Assembly: GCA_013115145.1 (NCBI GenBank)
Contig: JAAPAO010000112.1
Span: forward strand, 1-64,000
Direction of reading: 5' to 3'
Length of the DNA stretch: 64,000 nt
Origin: Perkinsus chesapeaki ATCC PRA-425
Taxonomy: Eukaryota > Protista > Perkinsozoa
The translations under genes and the position numbers were made by a program. Below the pieces are notes generated by a model. That model did not search any database. It had not been told where the DNA came from and was given only the letters and a program-made list of their open reading frames with translations. Positions 25,801-39,699 of this stretch are shown here, piece by piece. The first letter of the stretch is position 1; the number at the start of each line of letters is the position of its first letter.

Positions 25801-27738
25801 ACCGGTAAACAGTTCCTAACACTGTATGGTCATCAACTACCAGTAACCAGGGCTATACTATTATTATCTTAATATAACCTTATTAGGTATTAACAGTGGC
25901 ATTCTCGGATGATGGTCAACTATTAGCATCTGGTTCAGCTGATAAGAATATTAAGCTTTGGCATCCTAAGTTTGGTAGGTCTCCCCCTTCTACCAAGAGT
26001 TATTGCTATTATTATATGTATTTAGGTAATTGTCTGCGTTCTCTTCGAGCACATGAATCCTCAGTAACAAGTATAACATGGTTACCTGGTACACATTATT
26101 TAGCTAGTGTTGGTAAACTAGATGGGTTATTAAAGCTATGGGACTGTGATAGGTAGTGTTATATATTATATGGTATAATAATAACGATAATGCTTATTAT
26201 TAGATCTGAGGAGATTGCATCATTACCCGGTCATAATGGTGATGTATGGTCAGTGGCATGTGATGCTGATGGGGCTTTAATAGCTACTGGTGGAGCTGAT
26301 AGGAGTATAAGATTATGGAAGAGAACTGATGAACAAATGTTTATAGAGGAAGTAATATACACTATAACAACAACAACTTAGAATATAAGGAGGTTTAATA
26401 TACACTATAACAACAACCTAGAATATAAGGAGGTTTAATATACACTATACCNNNNNNNNNNNNNNNNNNNNNNNNNNNNNNNNNNNNNNNNNNNNNNNNN
26501 NNNNNNNNNNNNNNNNNNNNNNNNNNNNNNNNNNNNNNNNNNNNNNNNNNACCTAGAATATAAGGAGGTTTAATATACACTATACCAACAACCTAGAATA
26601 TAAGGAGGTTTAATATACACTATACCATGCATAGTCATTAGCAGCAGCAACTAGAGGCGGGGGTATAGGTGGTATTAGTAAATAGGGTGGCAGCAGCAGC
26701 TGTATTGATATGTATATTAGTGGTAGCAATCATCGTATAGTATTAATAATAATTTAGTAAATTTCGTAAATAATAGTTTAACTATTTTAAAGTAACAAGT
26801 TGTCTGTGGTGATGTTATTAGGAACAAGAGGAAGCATTAGATAGGCAGTTAGAGGAGGATGCAGCCAGGGAAGCAGCAGTAGTAACTATGGCTAGACCTA
26901 CTAGACGTAATAATAATATAATAAGGTGTATTATTATATTGGATACTAGGTACAATGGATACTGTTAAATCAGCAGAGAGGCTTATGGAAGCATTGGATG
27001 AAGTTAGAGAGGCTACTATTGAAGAAGAGAAGGAGGGGGAAGAGGAGGAAAAACAACAATCTACACCAGAAGAGTCAATAAAGGTATATAATACTATTTA
27101 TAGTTAGTAGGTTAGCTCATCATTTATTAGACATTAAGGATAATGGCTGCTATACCAGTAGCTGATATGCAAGAGGTTGTATTAGCACTACCTGTCACGT
27201 AATAATAATAGTATTATTATTATTTACCTACATGGTGTCTCGTAAGTGTTGTTGTTATTATTATTAGGTACTCTAAACGTCTATTATCAGTATTAGTAGA
27301 ACTATTATCATTCCTATCACAATCAGTACCTAAATCACAACAAGCAGCTATTAGAGGAGGCTTACCTATTGAACTATGCTTATCTGTTGGACTTAGCCTT
27401 ATACAGGCACAGGCACCATATCTAGTACATGATCCTACTAGTAGACGATTATTAGTACATCTACGTGATTTACTGTAATAAAATATATAGTGTTATTATT
27501 TAATTATAATAGTTATTAATAGGTATGATGTTGCTAGTACTGCTGTTGATGAGGCAGGTGTAGCTAGGGCAGCTGCCATAATGGCCAGGGAAGAGTAAGG
27601 CTTTGGCACGTGTTGTTATTTAGGATATGGTATTAATATAGGTTAAAGCGTAGAAGGGAGATAGGGGACCTAGATGCAGAAGATAGGGCATATAGGAAAT
27701 CAAGGAGAATAGCAGGAGGAGGAGGAGCAGGCAAATGA
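22851..27738 (+). CDS. UTP12: U3 snoRNA-associated WD40 protein Utp12/Dip2/WDR3
   Basis: MPKAYLRY start, [33 protein letters not shown]...[26 protein letters not shown]...[18 protein letters not shown] and [13 protein letters not shown]. One intron spans an assembly gap. Confidence 0.9.
26354..26627. repeat. Intronic ~40-bp tandem minisatellite (ACAACCTAGAATATAAGGAGGTTTAATATACACTATACC) interrupted by an N gap at 26452-26550
   Basis: Near-identical units lie directly on both sides of the run of Ns. Confidence 0.9.
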
Positions 27739-27974
27739 TGATGATGACAGCGATAACTACTACTAGCACTCACAGTACATATTTACCAGTTCCTTATTAC
27801 AACAACAACAGCAGCGACTAGTGCCAGCTGTTAACGTCAACTTATTGTTTCCATAATGATATGTATGTATTGTTATTATTATCAAGCCGGTGGCGACGGT
27901 TGTATTATGGGATATAACATCAGGGTCACCCTGGTAGTCATTAGTAATAGCTCTTAGTTTCTGTTGTTGTTGTT

Positions 27975-30900
27975 ATGACATCCAACACTAGTGACTTCTT
28001 TACCCAACATGGAGAGTCTCAATTCTCCCAAGGTAGTAGTATTATTATTATAACTATATATACTATTATTATATTTACTATATAGGTATAGAGGATCTTA
28101 TGTTTGGTACATCTACTGTAGGAGGTAGTAATACCATGCAGAGGCCTACTGCAGGAGGAGTAGCAGGGGTAGGAGTAGGCAATAATAATAGTACTATGAC
28201 AGACTTCTTGGATATAACTACTAATAAAGGGAAGACACAGGTAAGAAGTATTTATTAACGTATGTGGTGTTGTTAGTGCTATATGTTAGGAGGTGGAGCT
28301 AACACTGGATCAAAATGCATTTGGTGGAGAGAAGACCAAACATAGAATGTGGGCTGATGATTCTGATTCTGATGATGATGATATTGATCATGGTATAGAT
28401 GATGGAGGGCAGGCATATACAGGTATATGGTCTAGGTATATATTAATAATAATATTATTAATAAAGGTCTACACCATAATAATCACCATCATCATCATCA
28501 AGGAAGATATATGGGCCTAGAGCCAGATGGGTTTGATCCTTCTAGGTTACCTGAACATGCTTGCCAGTAATAATAATAATACCATACTCTTACTTATTTA
28601 CTATCATCATTATCTAATATTAGGTATTGTTATCTTAGTTCACCAGAATGTGTTGTAGAATGTAATGTATGTAAAAGATGGTTCTGTAACTCACATCATA
28701 ATACTAGTGGTAGTCATATTATGAACCATTTAGTTCGGTAATAACACCACCACCGTCATCATTACATTATATCATACTCCTTCTTGTTCTTTTCTCCTTT
28801 AGTTCCAAGCATAAAAGTGTATGCCTACATGAAGACTCACCATTAGGTGCATCATTATTAGAATGTTACGTATGTGGCAATACTAATGTATTTGTATTAG
28901 GCTTTATACCATCTAAAACTGATAGGTATGTCAAGACGACGACAGCAACAGGCTTATGCATCGGCTTTATTATTATTGCTTCCTGTTCTTTAGTGTTGTG
29001 GTACTTATTTGTCGTGAACCATGTCTAGGGTCTAATACACTTAAAGATGATGAATGGGATGTATCTATGTGGCAGGTAATGCCTCTCCCCCTTTGTGTAG
29101 TATTATTATTGTTATTATAGCCATTAATAGAAGAGAGAGCATTCCTACCATGGTTGGTTAAAATACCAACACCAGAAGAGGAGGTTAAGTATACTAGACC
29201 AATAACTAATTCACAGATTAATAGATTAGAGGATTTATGGAGGGAAGGCAAGGATAGTGTAATATATAGAAACAGCAGCATAGATAGCAGTTGTTATTAG
29301 TAGTGTATTGTAGGCTACGGTACTCGATCTAGCTAAACCTGGTGCAGCTGCAGCTGAAGATGATATACCTGTTGTTAGGAATACGTAATAATATTATTTA
29401 TAGTAATGAGTCATTACCTTGTATTAGTTACCCTGATGCATTTGTATATCAAAATACCTTTGGTCCATTAGTAGAGATGGAAGCTGTTTATGATAAAGAG
29501 GTGAAGGAAAGTCAAGCTAAGGTAGTACTAAATACCTTTGCTGTGCTCCTCCTCCCTCGATAATAACAGCATTAATTTAGCATGATATTAAACTAAGATG
29601 GGACCTTACTATGGGTAATAGAAGATGTGCGTATTTCCCTATATTCACTAGAGAGGAGACTGCTGGTGCTAAGTTGGTACCTGGTGATGAGATACGTCTA
29701 AAGTTGGCTGATTGGGGTACTAATAATGAGGGTTGGATAGGTGTAGGACATGTTACTAAATTAATGCAAAGTAGCGAGGAAGTATGTGTTGAATTAAGAC
29801 CACAGTAAGAAGGTGAATAATAAGGTTATATTATTAATAGTTTGATATAGGTATAGTCATCAAAAGGGACCATGGGATGTTAGTAGTGGATATACTGTTG
29901 AGTTTGTATGGAAGGCAACTAGCTTTGATAGAATGCAACATGTAGTATATTAAAGATAGATTGATAAATAGATCGTTGGTATTTAGGCACTAAAGGCATT
30001 TGCTGTTGATGATACTAGTGTATCTGGTGTAATGTAAGTAATAGGATATAAAAGATGGTATATACCGCTCCTTCCTCAGATATCATATGTTATTAGGGCA
30101 GGCTATTGAAACTAATACTACTATAAGGTACTAATATAAATACTATAACTATTACTATATTAATGTAGGATACATAACCCACCTAAGAATTGGACTGCTC
30201 CTAATCTACCACAGCTAAACCATAGTCAAATACATGCCGTACAGAAGGCATTAGAGCAACCTCTTACTCTTATACAAGTAATAAAATAGGATAATATACA
30301 GGTGGACCATGTACTTATAATAATATAGGGGCCACCTGGTACTGGTAAAACAGTTACATCAGCCAGTATTATATATCATTTAGCTAGACAGAATCAAGGA
30401 CAGGTACTACTAGGGATGGGAAAAGAGGGAGGAGGAGGAGGTTTACAGTTAAATACATATTTTGTATGTTGACCATATCCCTCTGACACTTATAACATTT
30501 AGCATACCTGAGCAATCGTGATGATTGTTATTACCTTTAACTAGATGGTATAGTGATACTATTATCAGGTGCTAGTAACAGCCCCATCTAATATAGCTGT
30601 AGATCAGTTAGCTGAAAAGATACATCTTACTGGCTTAAAGGTAATAATAATAACAAGCAACTTTATTATCATATGATATTATCTTACAGGTGGTACGTAT
30701 CCTAGCTAAATCTAGGGAATGCCTTTATTCACCAGTAGAGTTCTTATCATTACATACTCAAATACGAAATATGAGAACACCACAAGCTAAGGAGTTTAAG
30801 AAGCTTTTTGATCTTAAAGTAGTATAATACTACTACTAATATATGGTTCAATAATCAAATCAACTTACCAATTAATTAGGATGAAGTTGGTGAGCTTACA

Positions 30901-33330
30901 TCTAGTGATGAGAAACGTTTTAGGATTCTCAGGAGTCAGGTAGTAGGTTGTTATACTACTCTTTGGCTGTAGTAGGGAAGGGTATCTTAGGTCGAAAGGG
31001 AACTGTTAGAGAATGCTGATGTTATATGTACTACTTGTGCTGGGGCTGGTGATCCTAGACTTGGTAAATTACGTTTTAAAATGGTAATACTTCTTTTTAC
31101 AATATCTGGTATGTGATATATTAATATAGGTACTAGTAGATGAAGCTACACAAGCCTGTGAACCAGAAGCATTGATACCAATATGTAATGGTGCAAAACA
31201 GGTAATAAAAATACAACTAGCCTCACTTAGTACTGCAGTCTTACTCAACTTGTTGATTAGTACAAGAGTTGAACAACATAGTTGTTGTTGATTCATCATT
31301 ATTCCAAATATGTCATTAGGTCATTCTAGTTGGTGATCATAAGCAGTTGGGGCCAGTTGTGATGTGTAAGAAGGCTGCTAAGGCTGGGTTTAAACAGGTA
31401 ATACTCTACTACTACTACTACTGCTGCTGTAGGAGGATGATGATGATGATATTATAACGTTGTTGTTATTTAGTCACTTTTCGAACGCCTTATTGCACTG
31501 GGTGTTCGACCTATACGTCTTGAAGTACAATATCGTATGCATCCCAGTCTTGCTGAATTCCCTAGTCAAGTAATATTGTTGACAATGGTTATCCTATGAC
31601 CATCCTTTACTATTGTTATAGACCTTCTATGATGGATGCCTACAGAACGGTATTACTATGGAGGATAGGCAAGTATCTGGGGTTAAGTTCCCATGGCCTA
31701 GGGAGGAGATGCCTATGTTCTTTTATAATTCAACGGGTTAGGAGATTATTATTATAGTAATATAATAATATTATTATAATTAGGTCAAGAGGAGATATCT
31801 GCATCTGGTACATCATATTTGAATAGATCAGAGGCTATTAACATTGAAAAGATCCTTACCTACTTCCTACGTGCTGGGCTCAAGGTAAAGATACATCGAT
31901 ATATACAACTCTTTCCACAACTTGTTGTTCTTATTAGGGTTCACAAATAGGTGTAGTGACACCTTATGAAGGTCAAAGAGCGTAGGTTAACTCCTATTAT
32001 TAGCATTTATATTAAACCATACTTGTTTAGTTATATTCAACAAGTATTACAACGTCAAACTACTCTCAGTGCTAAGTTATATGAGACTATTGAGATAGCT
32101 AGTGTTGATGCCTTCCAAGGTAATAATAATATAAGGAGATTCTATTACTTCATTTATTAGGTCGTGAAAAGGACTTTATTGTTTTATCATGTGTTCGATC
32201 CAATCAAAGAGCTGGTCTAGGTTTCCTTAATGATCCTAGACGCCTTAATGTTGCCCTTACTAGAGCTAGGTAGATTGGGGTTATTATACTATTATATAAA
32301 TAGTAGTAATACCACCACTATTATCAGGTATGGTCTAGTTATATGTGGGAATGCACAAGTATTAGCTAGGGCTACTACAGTAGGTCATCAAGGAAGAGGT
32401 AATGATAATGACACGGACTACTAGTACTAAGTTAATAGTATATAGGTTCAATGCCATCGGTGTGGAATGGTCTATTATCATATATGAAGAAATATGATCT
32501 TATAGTAGAGGGACCATTATCAGCATTAAGGCAAAGTCATGTAAGTGAATAAGAAGAAGAGGAGGAGCAATACCCCTCTGGAAGCCTTTATAATGTGATA
32601 TAAGTTGAATAGATACAAATAGATGAGCCTGTAGTACCAGTGGCACCATACAGAGGGGGCCCTACAGGGGGGAATAGTGGGCGTAATCAATCAGCACGTA
32701 GTTTTGCAAGGGACGCCACATTAACACAAGTATTAATGATATTATTATTGGTGATTATTATTATTATTAGGATGAGCCACCATTATTCGATAATGATTAT
32801 TACAGAGGTATACCACAGAATGTACCAGCACCAGAAGCAGCTATGAGAGCACCTAATCAATACTTCCAAAGTAGTAGTAGTAATTAACCCTATAATGTTA
32901 CAATGAATAATATAACCCTTAGATGATCTCACTACTACTACAGCAGCATCAGGAGGGCCCCGAGATAGAGCCCCTCGTAGTGATAGACGTAGACGTGTTG
33001 GTGGTAGTAGTAGTGCTAGTGGATACAGTGAGAGTCAGATGTCACAAGATGCTTTTGCTACACCAACACAGGGTGCATCATATGCGCCATCATCTACTAT
33101 GAGTAAGTCATTAAGTTATTATTATCATACTCTTATTACTTATATTGTTCAGCTTTGAGTACACAACAATCCCAAATGAGTCAACAGACAGATGCATGGT
33201 GATAAGCATACAGGTTGAGTTGATGATGATAGGAGTAGGACTACTACAACGCGCTGTCCCTACATCACAGACCAACAGGTCAAGCAAGATCATCAACAAC
33301 ATCATTATTATCAACATCGATGGCTATAAG
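27975..33330 (+). CDS. UPF1: Regulator of nonsense transcripts 1 (SF1 RNA helicase, NMD factor)
   Basis: CH zinc domain (CKRWFCN...[12 protein letters not shown]...[18 protein letters not shown]), [61 protein letters not shown] and [11 protein letters not shown]. An SQ-rich tail follows; the 3' end is approximate. Confidence 0.96.
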
Positions 33331-33933
33331 ACTAGGCATGATGAGGTTGAGTAAGACATCTAGAGTTCTAATGGTATTGATAATAATAATACAGAGCTGT
33401 TGAAATAGGTGTTGTAACAATACTGTTGTTATTATTACTATTGTAAGTAGCCCTATATATTATTTATAGTATTATTATTGCTCTATAATAGTATCATAAC
33501 AATGCCTAGATACTATGGCTTTGTATAATCATCATTATCATTATTACTACTAAACCGTAGATATTTCAACAGCATCATAGCTATTACCGATTCTCTTGTC
33601 GCTTGTTGTTTTTCCCTCCTCCTCCTCCTCCCGCTCATTTGGTGACATTCCTAACAGTTGAAGCATCCAACTGTTATTTCTTATAACACATAAGTGTATA
33701 ACCCTTCTTCTTCTCATAATCATTATCATTACCCATATTGTTGGGTAATGGTTGTGATGGTGGTATACGTATACATGAAGTAGTACTGTACTATTTATAA
33801 TACCTAAACCACTACATCACCGCCGCCAACGATCATCGTCAATAGCGTCTCCGTAACGCAGTAAGTCATTTGTGTTGTTGTCAATTTATCATCACCACTT
33901 TGATTATTAGAGGTATGCTATTAACCGAACTAA

Positions 33934-36652
33934 ATGGTAACTTTGGTGTTCCTATGGCACTTACTAATAGCATGTATAAGCATAAGCGATAAGACGACAA
34001 GTGATTTAATGGAAAGTGCGACTAGACAAGTGTTGGATAGCTATTACTTCATATCAAGGTCTATGCCAATATTACAAAGTATGTGCCATTACTCTGAGTT
34101 ATTCTATGCCAGAGAGCTTACTAATACTATACTTATAATAATATCACAAATCGATAAGTACGACGAATATGACAACATGGTACTGCGACATGAAGGGGGG
34201 CAGGTCCCTATTGGTATAGCCGGAGAGCTAGAGGCAATTCTTAAGGCTGAGTACAATAACATAGAGGAGCTGTTGGATGTTATAGTATCATTTCAAGTAC
34301 ATAAGTTAAATGAACGTATTAAGATGAGACCATGTCATAGTACACCATCTAATATTGATGCAGCAGCATCACTTGTAGTGCCTGAATATGCCTTTACTGA
34401 TTTCATATCAATACCATTGAGATCTATTGTAAGGCCAACTAAGGAATGTTTAGCACTTAGAGCGGTAGAGGATTATACAGGGCCCAGTCCGACAGGTTAC
34501 AGGGATATATCTAGGGCACATTCATTATATATGCCACCAGAACAATTACTACATGACATTTCGCGGCGAGTGAAACTATCAGGTATAGTGATAAGCATGT
34601 TAAGTGGTTATCCTAACGAGAATTATACTACTTCGTTTGATTGGTATGATCCATCAAGACGTGTACATGAGAAGTCTAATAAAGGTGAGAGTAGACATAT
34701 GAATATATATTGTGATACAGATGGTAAGAATACAACATATTGTGGTGTGGTAGAACATTATTATGGTATAGGGTTTAGTGAGACATTTTATAGAGCACGA
34801 ACAGATATTCACACGCAAGTGTTTAAATACACCAGATCAGCCTTTGCTAGTCTTCATCACTTCTCTCCAGACATGCTCTATATTGATCCTCGACTACATA
34901 ACTGTCGATTGCTGCATGATATGGTATTGCATCATCAAGGCATCAAGACACTTTACTTACCATTCGATGCTCTAAGCGGCCCCAACAGTGATGAAGTACC
35001 ACAGTGGACTACTACTTCTGGTATTGGTAACTGGAGTGAGCATTGTAGCCTTAATGGCTTATCACAACAGCTCAGTCAACTTGGTTATATACTCCATCAT
35101 ATAGAGTTTAGTATAGCTGTATTTGTATTGCAAGACCTGTTGGAGCACCAACCAACAACGGACCAAGATACTATGTGGCGAATGGGCTTTTACTGTCATC
35201 CACTAGCACCATACTTTGACCGTCAAGAGCGATCACCTCAAGCCTTAGACCTGTTCAATGTTGATGACTCCAGGCTACCGAGACGTAATCATCTAGCTGA
35301 GTTCCGTTGGCGTGAGAGTGCTGGTATGAGGATGATGCTTGATGAGCAGCATGCACTATGTATTGATGGTTACTGTGAATGTATACCACCAATGAGAGGA
35401 CAACTGTGTGATATACGTGACGGAGATGTCACCAACATGACTATACATTATCTTACAAGCAATACGACAAGACACATTAATGACTTGTCTTTGGCGTTGA
35501 TGCTGCTCTGGGAACGGTTTAATTATGCATTTGATCATCCTGTTATCATATTCTATGATACCCCTTTAACTAGAGTTCAACGTACCTCTCTTAAAGAATC
35601 ATCAATAAATAGAATATGGTTTGCCCCACAGAGATACAAAGGCTTTCACGGCCTTCTTGATAGCAGCAGCAGCAGCGGGAGGAGTGGTCCATACAATAGG
35701 CCATATGATGATCCTTTGTCGATAAGCTCTAAACTGGCTGTCCATCCGAGGCCAATGGGTTATAGGCAAGTATGCCTCTTTGAATCAGGGCCAGTATTCC
35801 TACACCCATCACTCACCATATCACGATTTACCATGCGCCTTGATACCGATCAATACTTTCCTATTGATGCATCTCATGCTGATCCAGTCAAGGGAATGCT
35901 TTCTAAAGGATATCATTTCCTATTCTCGCAAGTTATACATGTTGCTGGAGGACGAGTTAACCATTTAGACGCCATTATTACTCTCTATAACGAGGCGTTC
36001 GGCCATAAAGTCCGAGATACTGCTTTCCTACAGGATGTGATGGCGAATGCAAAGGAAGATGGCATGCTAATGACAGCCAATCATCCACCATATGTATTCG
36101 ATCTGGAATTCTTTGCCGGTCAAGAGTATCAACATTGGTTCAAGTTCGTATCATCCTTCGATGGCTTCCTCAACCTTGGATGGTTAGGTAATGGTGTATT
36201 CACCGCAGGTGTGGCCTTACATGCTGGTGATAGAACAGGAGTGAGTCGGGGGAGAGTCTCCGTGGCAAGCCCATGAGAACTCCATGTCAGATTTTCTCCA
36301 TTCCTACCGCCCACCAAGAGCAATGTATGTGCCAACGAGATCTTCTAGGTGACAGCGTGTCACATCCAGATGAACAGTATGGTTGTGTAGCTATTCGAAA
36401 GGATGATTTGACTTTCTCTTACAACTTTCATGGTCGAGGTATAACTCTGGTGTGCCTGCTGTGTTATCCTCTATGTTAGGTCCTGCCTTGTGGGAATGCT
36501 GGCCAGAATCAGACATCCTTCATTCAAAGGAACGGTATGGCCTACGTTGTGATATATTTGATAAGACTGAGCATGGTATACCACGATGGTGGTGTCAAAT
36601 GGAAGATGATAACTTCGTACCAGTTTCAAAAATACGACATTTCAATTCATAA
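33934..36652 (+). CDS. Glycosyltransferase family 15-like (KRE2/MNT1-type mannosyltransferase) with EGF-like module and large uncharacterised N-terminal region
   Basis: The 780-aa first exon has a hydrophobic leader, CIDGYCECIPPMRGQLC (EGF-like), ERFNYAFDHPVIIFY, GYRQVCLFESGPVFLHPSL, RLDTD and FDLEFF...EYQHWF. Two further short exons are joined by GT-AG introns. Confidence 0.65.
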
Positions 36653-36772
36653 CATTATTATCATAAAGAGTTTAGTTTAGCAGTTACCGAAAATGCATCA
36701 TCCAGGCGATCTGGATTGAATATATAACACAAGGACTACTTCTAATAGACTAAGTAACAAAATACACGGCAT

Positions 36773-39200
36773 TCACCGTCCAGGCTTCTTCAATGAAAAT
36801 GATATGCTCGGCCCGGCATGAGTCTTTGGACGGCCAGTAGTTCGCGCAGCGGACGCTTGCTTGGGTGACTGGCCTTCTTGCAATCGCCTAAACAACAACG
36901 ATAATAATATCTAACAGAAGTTATCGTCACTTTTCCCTCTCCTGTGCTCTCCTTTGAAGCTCTTGGAGTTTCTTCTCTCTCTGAGAGTCAATTAACGTGT
37001 TTACTTGCTAACTCTAGCCTACCCTCCGTGCTTCTGCCTCGGAGTCTTTCGATGCCTTCGGAGCTCTGAAAAGCCCGTGTCTGCAAGAGCGATGAATTGC
37101 CGCCTACAATTTGCAGCCTTCATGGTCTTTGATGTCTTTCTGAAGAGCCGCTGTTTTACTCTCTTCTAACTTCCGATCGAAATCCTTTTTAATCAATACT
37201 TTCTCACTCTCCACTTCTTGCAACTGAGAACAGCCCCGATGTAAAACGCGCGCTTCCGAGTCCCGTCTAGCATCCGTTTTGCGGAGTATATATCAGCCAG
37301 TGGCTGACAGCCACTGCTTCCGATGGTTCGTCTTTTCTCTTACCATTTTAGCATGTGCTTTTACCCGGAGTTCCTCTACTGCCTTGCTAACTTCTTTTTG
37401 ATATTCTGCATCCTTCAGACCATCCCTGATTCTTTTATCGATCTCATCTTCCAGCCTTATAGATGACAACAATGCCCATCCCTTCTTGAATGGCATCCTA
37501 CCTTCTCTTCACTTTCCGTTCAAACCTATCGTCCCTATTTTCCCTACTAACTGAAATACTCAGCAAACTACCATCATTTAATACAATACCGCATTCGTTA
37601 CCAGGCACCTGCCCTGAGCCGCTGCTGTTGAACAAACGTTGGCGTTTCCTTGTCATCTTGTCACCCTCCGCGCCGTCACTGCTGCCGTCCTTTTCCCGGC
37701 TGAAAGAACCTTGACAACAGTTCATACTGTTCTTATTGAATACTTGTGATTGCGCCTTTCTCTTGATGAATCCCTCTCTGAATCTTGAGGCATTAAATTT
37801 GCCAACTTGTAGTGGTGGGATGAAACTATCGTCAACACAAGTAACTCAAAAGTGACAGAAACAACACCACCGCCAGTATAATTAATATCAACATATCATT
37901 CACGTTGTAGGATATCCCTTTCCCTATCTAATCGTAGTATTCGATGAGCTAATAGACTGGCTTGAGGGTATAAATGAAGTCCTAATACTTGACGATGGTT
38001 ATCATCTGAGTTACCCATGCAAAGCTGATAGATAGACTACTTACTGAAATCTATTATAAGAACATCTTCATCACGATTAAAGCTTTCCGGTAGTTTCGAT
38101 GCTGGAGGGCAGTATTATCCATACTAGTGGCTCTGTTGTTACACTCGTCTCCTTCCACTTTATTCGCATCTTCTTCTTGTTGCTGTTTCCTTTTACCATC
38201 CTTAACTTCATCCAAAGTGGTATACTTGAATTCTAATCCAACATTGTGGTATTTAAAGGACGGTAAAAACCTCTGTATGAAGTCACTGAAGAGCAGAGGC
38301 CTTTACAGACGGCGAAGGAGGACGACAGTTGCTCACTCAGCGACACGACAGGATGTTCTAGCACGCAGCTCGAGCAGTTTGATGGACCGAAATCCGAACT
38401 CGGTGGCGAGAATAACTCGTTCGAGCCGACGGGCCGACATTTATAAAAACCTTACAGGAGCATCGAGTGCATTCGAACGGCGACGGGCAGATATGACTGA
38501 TAGCGAAATTAATAACTCGGAAAGGATTATGAGGTCAGAAACGAAGGGATCGCACATGCACACGATTTAGAAAAATCGGTAACCGTCATCAGTGGAGTCG
38601 TTAACCAACCGTAACCAAAGGAATGGTGCCACACAGAAGGGATTATTGCGGAATATCCAAGCATATGCCACAGAATGGAATGCACACATTGCGGTTGATG
38701 TGAAGAGCATTGCTTTCGGGTCATGATAATACCAATACCTGAGCGCATGAATTCAATAAGTTGCTGTTTAATACTATTATCACATTTGTATTATATGTTC
38801 CTCAAATCTATGCAACAGCTCAGCCATCCAGATACCACGAATAGCTCTAAACTGTCATGAACAGTTACACTTCCATTGAAGGAGGAGGGAGTATGATACT
38901 TACCGCGGTTCCAAAGAACATCTCTAGATTTCGCATCTTCAGACTTCTTATCATAAACAGAGTACGTATTGCTGCATAAGATGCAGTCCCTGATGATGAT
39001 GATGCAATGTCATGTCCGCCAGCTACTACCATCACTTCCTCCCTCTACCTGATGTTATAACCTCGAATGTTCGATAGTCCAGTTTCCGTTCCAACGGTGC
39101 TGATTCCCTCAGCTGTCTCCTTGGCACCTTTACCATTAGATCGGGCCTAATAATACAGCAGCAGCAGTAGCTCCAGCGAGTGGAGGCCTCACTGATCCTT
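36773..39200 (-). CDS. Hypothetical multi-exon gene(s) with charged coiled-coil C-terminus
   Basis: Exon-like frames (LLFSDFIQRFLPSF, RLEDEIDKRIRDGLKDAEYQKEV, last exon ...AGPSISFSLKKPGR*) flanked by GT-AG introns. No family recognised. Confidence 0.4.
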
Positions 39201-39699
39201 AACAGCTTGATTTATCAACCTTGCACATTTGTGGAGGGTATCATGAGTCTCACAGCCTAACAGCAATAACTGTTGTGTTAAAGATGTCATTATCCAATAG
39301 AGGTTGGATTATTACTGTACATTTTAGACTTAAGTGGGTTCATACTGTCATAAGGGACATATTTACCACCGGTTTCGATGAACTGCCGAACTTCTGGTAT
39401 TGTTGCCGCCTAACCATTAAAGGGTAGTAATAAAAGTTCTAGGCTAGTAGTGCGCGATCAGATGGAAGTATGGTAATGATACAGTGAGGTAATGTATTAA
39501 GTGATAATGTAGAGAGGGAATGTATTATACTAATCACATTGACCAACAATATTATTTCTACAACTAAAATAGCTCTTATACCACTCCCTTACCTTCCCCT
39601 TACCTCTCTAGCATTATCCTTATTCTGCAATAGTTTATATAATATATATGCCTTATACCTATAACACTCTTAATACCAGCCATACAGTGACAACAACAA

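Noticed and set aside
26354-26627. Regularly spaced ~40-bp repeats suggesting a CRISPR array
   Set aside because: The units are contiguous with no unique spacers, there are no cas genes, and the context is a eukaryotic intron.
1640-33354. Many short I/L/Y/N-rich ORFs in the track for the AT-rich half, which look like membrane peptides
   Set aside because: They are antisense or intron read-through products of (AAT)/(TAT)-rich low-complexity introns of the real spliced genes.
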